Positions 17,391 through 27,257 of a stretch of 64,000 bases of DNA are shown one piece after another (the stretch's first letter is position 1; the number at the start of each line of letters is the position of its first letter). The notes below the pieces were generated by a model. The model ran no database searches and was not told where the DNA came from. It saw only the letters and a program-made list of their open reading frames with translations. The translations under genes and the position numbers were made by a program. The stretch comes from Thermoplasmata archaeon (GTDB lineage Archaea > Thermoplasmatota > Thermoplasmata > Lutacidiplasmatales > UBA184): assembly GCA_035297125.1 (NCBI GenBank), contig DATGZQ010000019.1:12940-76939 (forward strand), given 5' to 3'.

Positions 17391-18758
17391 ATGGCGCCAG
17401 GCTCGAGTGGAAGTGGGGGGGTGGGGGTGTCCCCCAACACGGCCGCCACCCCGGGCCCCGGTGAGATGGCCGCGGTCGTACGCCAGATCCGGGAGACTGT
17501 CCGACGCCACTCGGCGCGGTTCGAGCGGTCGATCCCGCTGATCGCGAGCGAGAACTTGCTCTCACCCTACGCGAAGGAGCTCATGATCTCGGACTTCCAC
17601 TCCCGCTACGCCGAAGGTCTGGTAGGCGATCGGTACTACGAGGGGAACGAGCAGGTCGACGAGGTGGAGACCATCTGTCTCGGCCTCGCCCGCCGCCTGT
17701 TCCGGTGCTCGTTCGCGGACGTCCGCCCCATCTCGGGGACGGTCGCGAACCTCGCCGTGCTGAAGGCGCTCACCGAACCGGGCGACCTCGTCGCCACGAG
17801 CCGCCTCGCCGACGGGGCGCACATCTCGAGCGCGGCGTTCGGCGCGTTCGGCCTACGCAACGTCCGTCCGGTATACTACGCGTGGGATTCGGAGAAGATG
17901 ACGATCGACGTCCCGCGCACGCGCGAGATCCTGAGGGCCGTCCGTCCGAAGACGTGCCTGTTCGGCCTGTCGCTGTTCCTCTTCCCGCTCCCGATCGACG
18001 AGCTCCGGTCGACGATGGAGGAGATCGGCGCCCGCGGCTGGTACGACGGCGCGCACGTGCTCGGCCTCATCGCCGGCGGGCAGTTCCAGGACCCCCTACG
18101 GGAGGGATGCGTCGTGATGAGCGCCTCCACGCACAAGACCCTCCCCGGTCCGCAGCACGGGATCCTTCTCGGCCAGACGGAGGACCCAGAGCTTGTCCAC
18201 CGTCTCCAGTCGGGGGCGTTCCCCGGCGTTACGAGCAACCACCATCTGAACGCCATGGCGGCCCTCGCGGTGAGCCTGGCCGAGCATCTCGAGTTCGGAC
18301 AGGAGTACGCCCGACGGACGATCGCCAACGCCCGGGCGCTCGCCCAGGCGTTGCACGACCGGGGGTTTGACGTCCTGGCCGCCGATCTCGGGTTCACGAG
18401 GTCGCATACCCTCGCCGTCCGGGTGGACTCGGAGGGGGGCGGGGCTGCCGTCGCGCGTCGCCTCGCGAACGCCGGGATCATCGCGAACAAGAACCTCCTG
18501 CCGGGCGACAAGAGCCCGAAGCAGCCCGGCGGGGTCCGCCTGGGCACGCCCGAGGTGACCCGACTCGGGATGGGAGAGGCCGAGATGGTCCGGATCGCCG
18601 AGCTGTTCGACGACCTCCTGCACCGGGGGCGGAGCGTCGAGGACGTGTCGGCCCGGGCCGCCGAGTTGAAGAAGGGGTTCACGACGCTGCGCTACTGCTT
18701 CGGGGCGGGCGAATCCGCGTACCGGTACTACGACCTGGTCGGTCGGGACCCGTCCTAG
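17391..18758 (+). CDS. glyA: Serine hydroxymethyltransferase (start uncertain)
   Basis: LIASEN, RYAEG, RYYEG, DGAH, STHKTLPGPQHG, RLGTPE. Confidence 0.96.
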   Translation: MAPGSSGSGGVGVSPNTAATPGPGEMAAVVRQIRETVRRHSARFERSIPLIASENLLSPYAKELMISDFHSRYAEGLVGDRYYEGNEQVDEVETICLGLARRLFRCSFADVRPISGTVANLAVLKALTEPGDLVATSRLADGAHISSAAFGAFGLRNVRPVYYAWDSEKMTIDVPRTREILRAVRPKTCLFGLSLFLFPLPIDELRSTMEEIGARGWYDGAHVLGLIAGGQFQDPLREGCVVMSASTHKTLPGPQHGILLGQTEDPELVHRLQSGAFPGVTSNHHLNAMAALAVSLAEHLEFGQEYARRTIANARALAQALHDRGFDVLAADLGFTRSHTLAVRVDSEGGGAAVARRLANAGIIANKNLLPGDKSPKQPGGVRLGTPEVTRLGMGEAEMVRIAELFDDLLHRGRSVEDVSARAAELKKGFTTLRYCFGAGESAYRYYDLVGRDPS

Positions 18759-21538
18759 GGGCCCGGTCCGTCGCCCGCGAGCTCCTCGTCCCGCAGGCGG
18801 AGCGCCTCGTCGAACGCCTCCGTGTCCAGCGTTACCCTCGGCGCGGACGGTCCCGGGGCGAGGCAGAAGCGCGCCTTCCCGTCGGGCCCGACGCTCGCAC
18901 CCAAGGTCCCGTCCGTCACGAGGGACGCGAGCCAGTCGGCGAGGTCCGGCGGGGCGGGAGGAGGCTGCCAGGACGACTCGACCTCGGGCAGGTCGACCGG
19001 CCCGTGCCGGCGCACGATCTCGACGATCGCGGCCCGGCCTTCGGCGAGGCGCTGGAGCTCGCTCTCGTCCGACGGACCCGGAGCTCGGCGGCGAGCCCGC
19101 CGCAACGCGACCAGCATCACGCCGGCCCCGAGCGCGACGATCCCGAGGAGGGCTCCCACGACGCCGTACGGCACGGCCAGATCGTCGGCCGCGGCTAGCG
19201 CCGGTACCGTCAGCGGCCCGAGGAGGGCCTTGCCGGCGCCGTCCAGCACCGTGACGGTCCCGCCTTCGGGACCAGGGGCGGAGAAGTTGACCCAGACCCC
19301 GGTCGAGCCGTTCGATTCGGGCGAGGCGGTCTCGTTCTCTTCGGAGCTCTCGGAGCCCCACACGTACCGGATCGTCACGTTCGCCCCGGGCACAGCGTTG
19401 GCGAACCGGTCCTCCACTTGCCAGTACGTAGCGTTCGTGCGCGTTCCGCTCACGGCCACCACGGGGTCGTAGAGGCGGAGGTGCTCGGTATCCGGGTTCG
19501 CGAGAATGTGGATTTCGGGGACCGCGGACGGTAGGCCCCTTCCGACGAGCTCGACCGAGAATGGGCCGGCGGCGAGCACCTCGACGGTGAGGGCGAGCGT
19601 CCCGTTGACCCAGGCCGCGCCGGGAACCTCGAACGTACCGTTGCCGCCGCCCGTCAGGGGGCCCACGGTGGAGGCGTTGACCCAGCCGACCGGCGCCGTG
19701 GACCCCGGGCCCGCGAGGACGACGCTGGCGTTCGTCGAGAACGTCGGCACCGGCTGGTCCGAGCCGTCCAGCGCCTCCCAGCTCAGCGGAACGGAGCCGC
19801 CGACCACGACCGACGACGCGGGCGGGGTTCCGGTTTCGGTCAGCCGTACGGCCGATGCCGGCCCCACGGTGAGCGCGAGCGCGGAGCGAACGACGGTGCC
19901 GAGGGCATCGCGCGCCGTCAGTGTGAGGGTGACGGAGCCGGTACCGGACGGGACGAACGAGAGCCAGAGTTGGCCGTCGGCGCCCAACTCTCCGCTCTCG
20001 AGCGGGGCGTCCTCCGTGGAAGCGTTCCACCAGTACCGTCCGGGAAGGTCACCGCCCGTGATCGTGGAGGAGACCGAAAGGTTCGCCCCGACCGTCGCGT
20101 TCGGGGTCTCGAGGTCGAGCGAGGTCGCTGCGAGAGGGGCCACGACCGTGACGACGAACGAGACGGACCGGTTCGTCCCTTCCGAGTCCACGGCCCATGC
20201 AGATGCGGTGTACTGCCCGGGCGAAGCGTAGACCGGGTCGAACGTCCAGCTCGGCCCGGGCGCGCTCGTGCACAGCGGGGCACCAGACCCCGGGTCGAGG
20301 CACGCCTCCTCGAACGGAAGGATACCCGAACCCGCCGTGGCGATCAACTCGACCGGGAGCGGGGAGAGCGCGTAGCCGGTCGGGAACCCCGGAGTCACCC
20401 AGAGCGCGGCGGCAGGGTCCACCATGACGCTCGGGAACTGGCCGATCGCGGCCGAGAAGCCGTTCGTGACGTTGAACGCCGGCTGCGCGATGCCGGGTCC
20501 GGTGTAGGTGAGGTTGGCCAGGCACGTGGCCAGGACCGTTCCGGGGCCGTAGGCCGTCGTGCCGCACGGAACCTGGACCGCCGCAAGGCCGAGCCCCGGG
20601 TCGAGCCAGGCCCGATAGGCGTAGCCGGCGGCGCCCACGACCGTCACGTTGGCGGAGACGTTGGAGCCGACGTCCAGTTCGGTACGGTTGAGCTCGGCCT
20701 CCGCGAGCGTCGTCGCGACCGCGTCGAGGGCGATCGTACGCGGAGGGGGCGAGAGGGCCGTTCCGTTGACCGTCGCCTCGGCCTGTACGGTGAGCTTTCC
20801 GGCCGTCGCACCGGGGACGGAAACGATGGTCGCCCGGTCCCCGACGGGGGCGGTGGAGAGCGCCCAACCGGTCCCGTTGAGCGTCCAGGTGTAAGCCGGG
20901 TCGAGCGGAGTCGCGGAGCCGTTCCCCTGCCACCCCGAGGCCACGAGGGAAATCGGGGCACCCGGGGCCACGGTGAGGGTCGACCCGGCGGGCGAGAGCG
21001 TGATGTCTTCGAGCAGCCAGACGAGAGCCAGGTCCGCCGCGTCCGACGTCACGTCGAACGAAAGCGCATAGCCGTCGGGCGGGGGCTCCGAAAGCGAAGG
21101 GGTGAGCGGCCCGATCGCCGAGGAATAATCCGTGCAAACGGTACCGTTCGGTACGGGAGTGCAGTAGCTGCGCGGCGTCGTGGGCGCGAACGAGAACGCT
21201 CCTCCAGCGTCCGTCGTCACCGAACCCGAGAGCGACGCACAGCTGGCGCTCGCCACGACGCCACCGGGTTCGTCCACGACCCAGACGTCCACGAAGTACG
21301 AGAACCGGATCGTGGCACCGCCGGTACCGTTCGGGGGGAGCGGCCCCCCATCGACCTTCAGGGTGCCGGCGTACACGGGCCGCAGGTGCGACCCCGCGCA
21401 GGCACCCGAGGTCGCGAAGGCGGTCGGCGGGCTCGACGAGGAGTGTGGGGGAGGACCCCACGATAGGACGAGGGCAACAATCACCACGGCGACCACCGGA
21501 CCGGGGATCGATCTCGAGAACGAGCCTCCGGCCGGCAC
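18755..21538 (-). CDS. Large membrane-anchored surface protein (Ig/PKD-like beta-rich ectodomain, C-terminal TM, cytoplasmic tail)
   Basis: N-terminal hydrophobic signal; Thr/Gly/Val-rich with many N-X-S/T sequons; YASPGQYTASAWAVDSEG PKD-like motif; TM followed by RRARRR. Confidence 0.75.
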   Translation of the reverse strand: MPAGGSFSRSIPGPVVAVVIVALVLSWGPPPHSSSSPPTAFATSGACAGSHLRPVYAGTLKVDGGPLPPNGTGGATIRFSYFVDVWVVDEPGGVVASASCASLSGSVTTDAGGAFSFAPTTPRSYCTPVPNGTVCTDYSSAIGPLTPSLSEPPPDGYALSFDVTSDAADLALVWLLEDITLSPAGSTLTVAPGAPISLVASGWQGNGSATPLDPAYTWTLNGTGWALSTAPVGDRATIVSVPGATAGKLTVQAEATVNGTALSPPPRTIALDAVATTLAEAELNRTELDVGSNVSANVTVVGAAGYAYRAWLDPGLGLAAVQVPCGTTAYGPGTVLATCLANLTYTGPGIAQPAFNVTNGFSAAIGQFPSVMVDPAAALWVTPGFPTGYALSPLPVELIATAGSGILPFEEACLDPGSGAPLCTSAPGPSWTFDPVYASPGQYTASAWAVDSEGTNRSVSFVVTVVAPLAATSLDLETPNATVGANLSVSSTITGGDLPGRYWWNASTEDAPLESGELGADGQLWLSFVPSGTGSVTLTLTARDALGTVVRSALALTVGPASAVRLTETGTPPASSVVVGGSVPLSWEALDGSDQPVPTFSTNASVVLAGPGSTAPVGWVNASTVGPLTGGGNGTFEVPGAAWVNGTLALTVEVLAAGPFSVELVGRGLPSAVPEIHILANPDTEHLRLYDPVVAVSGTRTNATYWQVEDRFANAVPGANVTIRYVWGSESSEENETASPESNGSTGVWVNFSAPGPEGGTVTVLDGAGKALLGPLTVPALAAADDLAVPYGVVGALLGIVALGAGVMLVALRRARRRAPGPSDESELQRLAEGRAAIVEIVRRHGPVDLPEVESSWQPPPAPPDLADWLASLVTDGTLGASVGPDGKARFCLAPGPSAPRVTLDTEAFDEALRLRDEELAGDGPGP

Positions 21539-21670
21539 CGCCTCCCCTCGGGTCCCGTCCCCAATCGCGGGACACCCTCCAGCGGTCTGCCGGTCCTTAA
21601 TCGTATCGTGGCGGCCGGCTCCGGTCGAACGGTGCGTGAGCCGGCACCCTCAAGGGAGGGCGTCCCTGCC

Positions 21671-22585
21671 GTGTCCGTGGTCTCGCGCGTCCGCACGTCG
21701 CTCGTTCCTCCGCGGCTCGCATCGCTCCCCCGGGAGCGGCTCCAGCTCGAGTACTCGTCGCGCTCCATCGTCTTCGCCCGAGATGGCCGCCGCCTCCTGA
21801 GGACCTGGGGGTCGCCCGAGCGGCCGTGGGTCCTCGCGGTCGAGCCCGCGGGCGCCCGGTGGCGCGTGGAGGCTTGGGGCGCGGGTCCGAAGAAGGCCCG
21901 GGAGGCCGCCCGTGCTCTGTTCTCCCTGGACGATCCCCTCGAGGAGTTCTACCGCCACACACGCGCCGACCCGGTGCTCCGCGGTACCGAGCGTGCGTTC
22001 CGCGGGCTGCGGCTTCCCCGCGACGCAAACCTGTACGAGAGTCTCCTCCACGCGATCGTCGGACAACAGCTGTCGGTCGCCGCCGCGAACGCGATCGAGA
22101 AGCGTCTGTTCGAGCGGCTCAGCACTCCGTTCACGGTCGACGGTCTTGAGGTTCCGTGCGTCCCCGCTCCGTCCCGCGTGCTCGACGCCGAGCAGGGCGA
22201 GCTCCGCGCTCTCGGGATGAGCGGGGCGAAGTCCCGGGCGCTCGTGGCGCTGGCGACCTGGGCCTCCGGGAAGCCGCCGAGCGCGCAGGTGCTCCAACGA
22301 CGGTCGCTACCGGCGGCACGGGGCGCGCTCGAACGGCTCCCCGGGGTCGGGCGCTGGACGGCCGAGAACGCGCTCCTGCGGGGAACGGGCCGCCGCGATG
22401 TCTTCGTGGCGGGCGACCTCGGGGTCCGGGTCGCTCTCGAGCGGTACGGCGTCCTGCCACGCTCGGCCCCCGAGGAGGCGGCGCGCGCGTGGGGGGAGCT
22501 CCGGTATCCCGGCTGGGGAAGCTACGCGACGCTCTACCTGTGGCGGAAGCTCGTGGCCGATCGGTTCGAGACCGAGGCCGGTTGA
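21671..22585 (+). CDS. alkA: DNA-3-methyladenine glycosylase II (AlkA, HhH-GPD family)
   Basis: YESLLHAIVGQQLS, LPGVGRWTAE, AGDLG, SYATLYLW. Confidence 0.88.
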   Translation: MSVVSRVRTSLVPPRLASLPRERLQLEYSSRSIVFARDGRRLLRTWGSPERPWVLAVEPAGARWRVEAWGAGPKKAREAARALFSLDDPLEEFYRHTRADPVLRGTERAFRGLRLPRDANLYESLLHAIVGQQLSVAAANAIEKRLFERLSTPFTVDGLEVPCVPAPSRVLDAEQGELRALGMSGAKSRALVALATWASGKPPSAQVLQRRSLPAARGALERLPGVGRWTAENALLRGTGRRDVFVAGDLGVRVALERYGVLPRSAPEEAARAWGELRYPGWGSYATLYLWRKLVADRFETEAG

Positions 22586-23113
22586 TCAGGGCGGCCCGGC
22601 CGACCCCGCGAGCGGGAACGCCTCGACCGTTCGATGGACCGCGCCGCCGGGGCCAAGGACGCTCTCCTTCAGGACGAACTCACTCACCCGGACGGACCGG
22701 GGCGGGGGAGGGGAGCCGGGGTCACGCAGGACGTCGAACGCCCTCCGGCGGTCCGTGGGCGAGCGCACCCGGAACCACGTCAGGTGGGGGACGAACTCTT
22801 CGCGGCGGGCCTGGACCGTCCCTTCCAAGGCCGAGTGCACCCGTCGGGCGAGCTCCATCAGCTCTGCTCGGCCCGAGGTGACGCCGACCCATACGACGCG
22901 CGGGTCGGACGGGGAGGGGAACGCCCCGATCCCCTCCAGCCGGATATCGAACGGACCGATTCCCCTCCCCACCGGGCGCAGCCTTTCGGCGATCCGTGGC
23001 GCCGATTCCGGCGGGACCTCGCCTAGGAATTGGAGGGTGAGGTGCTCGGGGGCGGCACGGCCCACGCTCCCGGGTTCGCCGGTCGGCACCTCGACCGCGA
23101 CGAAGGCGCGCAC
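22586..23113 (-). CDS. thpR: RNA 2',3'-cyclic phosphodiesterase (2H phosphoesterase); GTG start at 23113
   Basis: RAFVAV start, two HLT motifs, GAFP...PRVVWVG, LKESVL. Confidence 0.9.
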   Translation of the reverse strand: MRAFVAVEVPTGEPGSVGRAAPEHLTLQFLGEVPPESAPRIAERLRPVGRGIGPFDIRLEGIGAFPSPSDPRVVWVGVTSGRAELMELARRVHSALEGTVQARREEFVPHLTWFRVRSPTDRRRAFDVLRDPGSPPPPRSVRVSEFVLKESVLGPGGAVHRTVEAFPLAGSAGPP

Positions 23114-23214
23114 GTCGTCGCATGAGGTCCGCGCCCTCTTACGCTGTCCGGGGGCGCGGCTGCGCCCGCCCCCCGGGCCCTCGCCGCCCGGCGCACCCCG
23201 GGCCGGCTGGGGTG

Positions 23215-25734
23215 TCAGCCGACGCGAAGGGTCCAGACCTGGGCCTCGGCCGGACCGATCCCTTCGGCGCGCAATGCTCGTTTCACGCGGGTCGCCCGTC
23301 GAGCGTCGGCGACCACGAACAGGGCGAACGCACCTCGGGAGCGAGCCTTGAGGAACCCGTGACGGATGCGGGCCGGCCGAAGCGCTCCCGAAACCTCGGC
23401 CTCCACGTGCACGTCCAGGCCACCGAAGAACCGCCACGCCCACCCGTTTCGCACCGTGTCAAGGGCCCCCGCCAAGTCGCGGGCCGAGCCGGCGCGCGCC
23501 CGGTCCGGGATCTGACGGAAGATCGCGTCGGGGAGGGTCGTGTCGTAGCGCCCTTGTCGCACGATCTCGAGGAGGTAGCCTCGGCGGGCGAACGTTCGGA
23601 ACGCCCGAAGGAGGAGCGCCCTGTGCTCTGCGCTCTCCCGCGTGGCGCCCGTAGCCGACCCGAGGCCGAGGCGACGTTCGCCTGCCGGCGTCAACCGGAC
23701 CCCGCCCGGGCCGACCTCGACGTATCCGCGGCGCGCGAGACCTCGAGCGCGATCGCCGATCGTGGCAGGGTCGGGCGAGGGGCCGGGCAGACGTTGGGCA
23801 GCGGAGGTGAGACCGTCCTCGGTAAGGGACCTACCCGACTCCTCGGCGGCCAGCACGGCGAGCAGGAGCCGCTCGGTCGCCGGATCGTCGAGCGATCCGC
23901 AGGGAGCGCTCCGCGCCTCCGGGAGGAATTCCCGGCGAGAGGCGACGACGGCCTCGACCCATGGGTCCGTCGCCAGACCCTGGGGCGCGACTCCGGGAGC
24001 GAGCGGCCGGATCTCGCCGGTCTCGGGGTCTCGCTCGAGGGCGTGACCGGTCGGAAGGTCCGTCAGGAGGCGGTCGGCCTCGGCGGCGGAAAGACCGATC
24101 CAGCCGCCGACCGTCGCGGCGCTCGGTGGGGGTACGCGGAACGCCACCACGTCCCGGGCGACTCCCGCGGCGGCGTGCCGAAGCTCGGGCGCGAGACGTT
24201 CGGGGTACTGGGTCGCGAGCAACAGCCGCAGTCCGAACTTTCTGCCTTCGGCGAGCATCTCGGTCACCAGCCGGGGGGAGAGCCCCTGTACCTCGTCCAG
24301 GACGGTGAGGACCGCGGGGCAACGGCCGCGAGCGGAGCCCCGGGAGGCGAGCCCCAGGTAGACGCGGGCGAGCACGAGGGTCCCGGCGAACGAGGCGGCC
24401 TCGGGCCCGAGGGCGGCGAACGGCAGCCGGACCAAGAGCGAGCGTCCTCCCTCGAGCAGCTCCTCGACCGGCAACCCACCGTCCGCGGGCGAGAGCAGCT
24501 CCGCGAGCGCCGGCACGAGCACGATCTTCGACAACCTGGCCGCCGCGGCCCAGAGGAAGTCGGGGTTCCGGCGAGCGATCGGCGCCAGCTCCTCGAGGAA
24601 CCGGACCAGGTCGGTGCTCCGCGAAGCTAGCCGAGCGGCATCTCGGCGGTCCGCGTCGGCGAGGAGCGCGTAGAGGTCGTGGAGCGAGCCCCCCGACTCC
24701 TGGACGATTCGGACGAACGCGTCGAAGATCCGCTCGAGGCGGAACCCCCAGTAGACGTCCGTGCCGTCCGCGCTGAGACGCTTAATCGCCGCGACAAGGT
24801 GCGCCGCGGACCGCTCGTCCGAACCGGCGAGGGCCGCGATGCCCGGCAACGGCCGGTCGAGCGCGTCGACCGCCACGACCCGGCGCCGGACGTCCGCCGG
24901 GAGCCGCGCGACGATCGCGGGAGCCAGGTCACCGTGCAGATCGATCGCGACCACCGCCTCGTGCCGGATGATCGCTCGCGACGCCCGCTCCGCGAGGAAC
25001 CAGGTCTTCCCGGCACCGGACGCACCCAGGACCACTCCGTGGCCGACCCGGCACGGCTCCGCTTCGACGCTGGCGAACGGCGCCGGTTCGGCCGTCCTCT
25101 CGACCGTGGCTGGAAGGAACGCGCCCCACGCGTCCCGGGGTATCGACCGGGTCGCGGCGCGGCGCCAGTCGCGACGCGCACCGTAGCCGGAAGGGCGAAC
25201 GGTCGCGCTCCTCCCGGTGGCATGCGCCCACTCCTGGGCCACGGTCGCGGCCACGGCGGAGAACCGCGCGTGGACGTCCCGCGGGGTCGACCCGGAGAGC
25301 CGGAACCGTCGGGCCGCCCAGAGACGACCGTCCTCTCCCCTCGCCCAGAACGTCTGGAAGCCGAGCCAGCCTCCGGGGCCCAGAAGCGGGGCCGATTCGG
25401 GCGGAGCTCGGAGCGACTCCGCGGTCGCGAACGTAGGCGCCCCAGGGACGAGGATCCCGTAGGCGTCGGCTCCCCGGTAATCCGGTTCGTCCGCGGACCG
25501 GGTGGGGCCGGTCTCGACCGGGGTTCCGGCGAACGTCGGCATCGCGGCCAGCGGGGCGAGGAGCGACGACGGCCGGGCGGTCACCCGGGGAACCGGTAGG
25601 TCGAGCGTCGACTCGAACAGCACCAGGCCACCCGGCTCGGAGGCCAGTAGTCCCTCGGCAAGTGCCCGGTAGAATCGGCGACGGACGGGGTACGGGCCCG
25701 GAGACGAGGTCGTAATCGCCTCGTGGGGCGTCAT
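23215..25734 (-). CDS. HerA/TraD/VirD4-like P-loop ATPase with C-terminal winged-helix and nuclease-like domain
   Basis: Walker A GASGAGKT, IDLHGDL, Walker B VLDEVQ, EGRKFG, LATQYP; tail ESAEH...PD...VEAE. Confidence 0.82.
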   Translation of the reverse strand: MTPHEAITTSSPGPYPVRRRFYRALAEGLLASEPGGLVLFESTLDLPVPRVTARPSSLLAPLAAMPTFAGTPVETGPTRSADEPDYRGADAYGILVPGAPTFATAESLRAPPESAPLLGPGGWLGFQTFWARGEDGRLWAARRFRLSGSTPRDVHARFSAVAATVAQEWAHATGRSATVRPSGYGARRDWRRAATRSIPRDAWGAFLPATVERTAEPAPFASVEAEPCRVGHGVVLGASGAGKTWFLAERASRAIIRHEAVVAIDLHGDLAPAIVARLPADVRRRVVAVDALDRPLPGIAALAGSDERSAAHLVAAIKRLSADGTDVYWGFRLERIFDAFVRIVQESGGSLHDLYALLADADRRDAARLASRSTDLVRFLEELAPIARRNPDFLWAAAARLSKIVLVPALAELLSPADGGLPVEELLEGGRSLLVRLPFAALGPEAASFAGTLVLARVYLGLASRGSARGRCPAVLTVLDEVQGLSPRLVTEMLAEGRKFGLRLLLATQYPERLAPELRHAAAGVARDVVAFRVPPPSAATVGGWIGLSAAEADRLLTDLPTGHALERDPETGEIRPLAPGVAPQGLATDPWVEAVVASRREFLPEARSAPCGSLDDPATERLLLAVLAAEESGRSLTEDGLTSAAQRLPGPSPDPATIGDRARGLARRGYVEVGPGGVRLTPAGERRLGLGSATGATRESAEHRALLLRAFRTFARRGYLLEIVRQGRYDTTLPDAIFRQIPDRARAGSARDLAGALDTVRNGWAWRFFGGLDVHVEAEVSGALRPARIRHGFLKARSRGAFALFVVADARRATRVKRALRAEGIGPAEAQVWTLRVG

Positions 25735-26621
25735 GGGTGGTCCTGCTCCCTCGGGCTCAGGTTGGGCAGGGTCCGACGGGGTGGCAGTCCCGACCCGTCG
25801 GGAACAACGATCTTCGGCGGTCGCAGAACGGGTTGGCTAGGAATAGGTTCGCTCGGGCGAGCGGCGTCTTCTCCTTCCATCATGGTTCGCATACTTTCTG
25901 CCCACGCCGACGGGTCCGTCGGCCGGGTTGTGTGTCGGGCGGCGTCAACGCTCACGGCGGACGCAACGTCGGCGACCCTCGGGGGACCCGGCTCCTCGAG
26001 CAGACCGTCGAGGGACCCGAGGCTCGTGGCGTCGGTAGAAGCCGATGCGGTCGCCTGCCCGTCCTGGGTGCGTTGGATCGAGCGAGGCGGTCGGGCCCGG
26101 CCGGGCGGACGCTCGCGGACGGCGGCCCCGGAGGTCCTGTGCTTGGGGGCGGCGCCGGGCTCTAGGACTCAGAGATCGTGGCGCGACGGGCCGGTCGATC
26201 GAGGCCGGTAGGAGGCCCGCAGAGCCGGGGGGCGGCCGGGCGGTCGAGGGCTTGCGCGTCGGGGATCGTCGGGGTGCGCGACCGAACGGGAAAGGCGGTC
26301 GGGGACGCGGACGAAAGGGGCGACGGCAGGCAACGCATCGAATTCGGCATCCCTACGGGTTCCCGGGGGAGACGTTCGTTCGGAACTTCGAGAACGATGG
26401 AACCTGGTAGGAAGGCCCCCGCACGCCCGAGACTCGGTGCCGAGTCTCCTTTGGGCGATGTTGAGGGTCCTTCCCTGGGTTGGTTGCGAAAGAACAACCC
26501 TCCCGCGACTACTTGAACGCCGGAAGGAGGGGGTGTGAAACGCCCCTCCCGAGCGGCCGTTGCGAGGAAGGGGAGCTTTCCGAGGATCCGTCGGGCGGGG
26601 GAAGGATCCCTCCGCGACGGG

Positions 26622-27107
26622 TCAGCGCTTCGCCCGGCTCTCGGTCTCGCCGAGGACGATGCGGGGCAGTTCGCCCTGGATCACGGGCGGACGCCGCGCC
26701 GACGCGCTCGTGCGGGCTGCGGCCTGCCGTCGCGGGAGGAGCCAGCGTTCGCCCCATTGGCGGAGCTCCCGGGCGGCCGGAGCGAGCCCGAGCCCCATCT
26801 CCGTCAGGGAGTAGACGACCGAGAACGGTCGGGTGCTCACGACCGTCCGCTGGACGACTCCCTGGCCTTCGAGGAACTTGAGCGTCGCGCTCAGCGTCTT
26901 CGCATTGAGCCGGGTGTTCGACTTCAGGATCTCGCTGAACCGTTGCGGCCCTTCGAGGAGCCGGTGGACGATCGCGAGCCGCCACTCGGTGCCGATCACA
27001 CCGACGGCAGCGAGCACGGGGCAGATCGAGGTACCGTCCTCCGCATCGCACGTGTCGGACCCATCGGCGCTCGCCCCGGCCGCCCGACGAATCCGCTCGC
27101 TTTGCAT
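26622..27107 (-). CDS. HxlR/DUF24 winged-helix transcriptional regulator
   Basis: CPV..AVGVIGTEW, RFSEI, KTLSATLK, V.YSLTEMG..L, WGE. Confidence 0.92.
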   Translation of the reverse strand: MQSERIRRAAGASADGSDTCDAEDGTSICPVLAAVGVIGTEWRLAIVHRLLEGPQRFSEILKSNTRLNAKTLSATLKFLEGQGVVQRTVVSTRPFSVVYSLTEMGLGLAPAARELRQWGERWLLPRRQAAARTSASARRPPVIQGELPRIVLGETESRAKR

Positions 27108-27141
27108 CCGTGCTGCCTCACCCGCCCGACGCCGCCGACGG

Positions 27142-27169
27142 ATTTATAGTTACGCCCCTATAGTAAGTA
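27142..27169. promoter_or_regulatory. TATA box with overlapping imperfect inverted repeat (putative HxlR operator)
   Basis: Minus-strand TATAAAT (27148-27142); TAGTTAC-N9-GTAAGTA at 27147-27169 in an AT-rich divergent intergenic region. Confidence 0.5.
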
Positions 27170-27257
27170 TAGAAAAGTTACCTCTCGTGACATTTCGGGC
27201 GGCGCGAAGGCGGTCGGTGCCGGAGTACGTTTTCTCCGAGCGTGTCCGTCCGTCCGC

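Noticed and set aside
26169..26171. In-frame TGA as a possible selenocysteine or readthrough codon
   Set aside because: No recognisable protein family on either side and no SECIS evidence.
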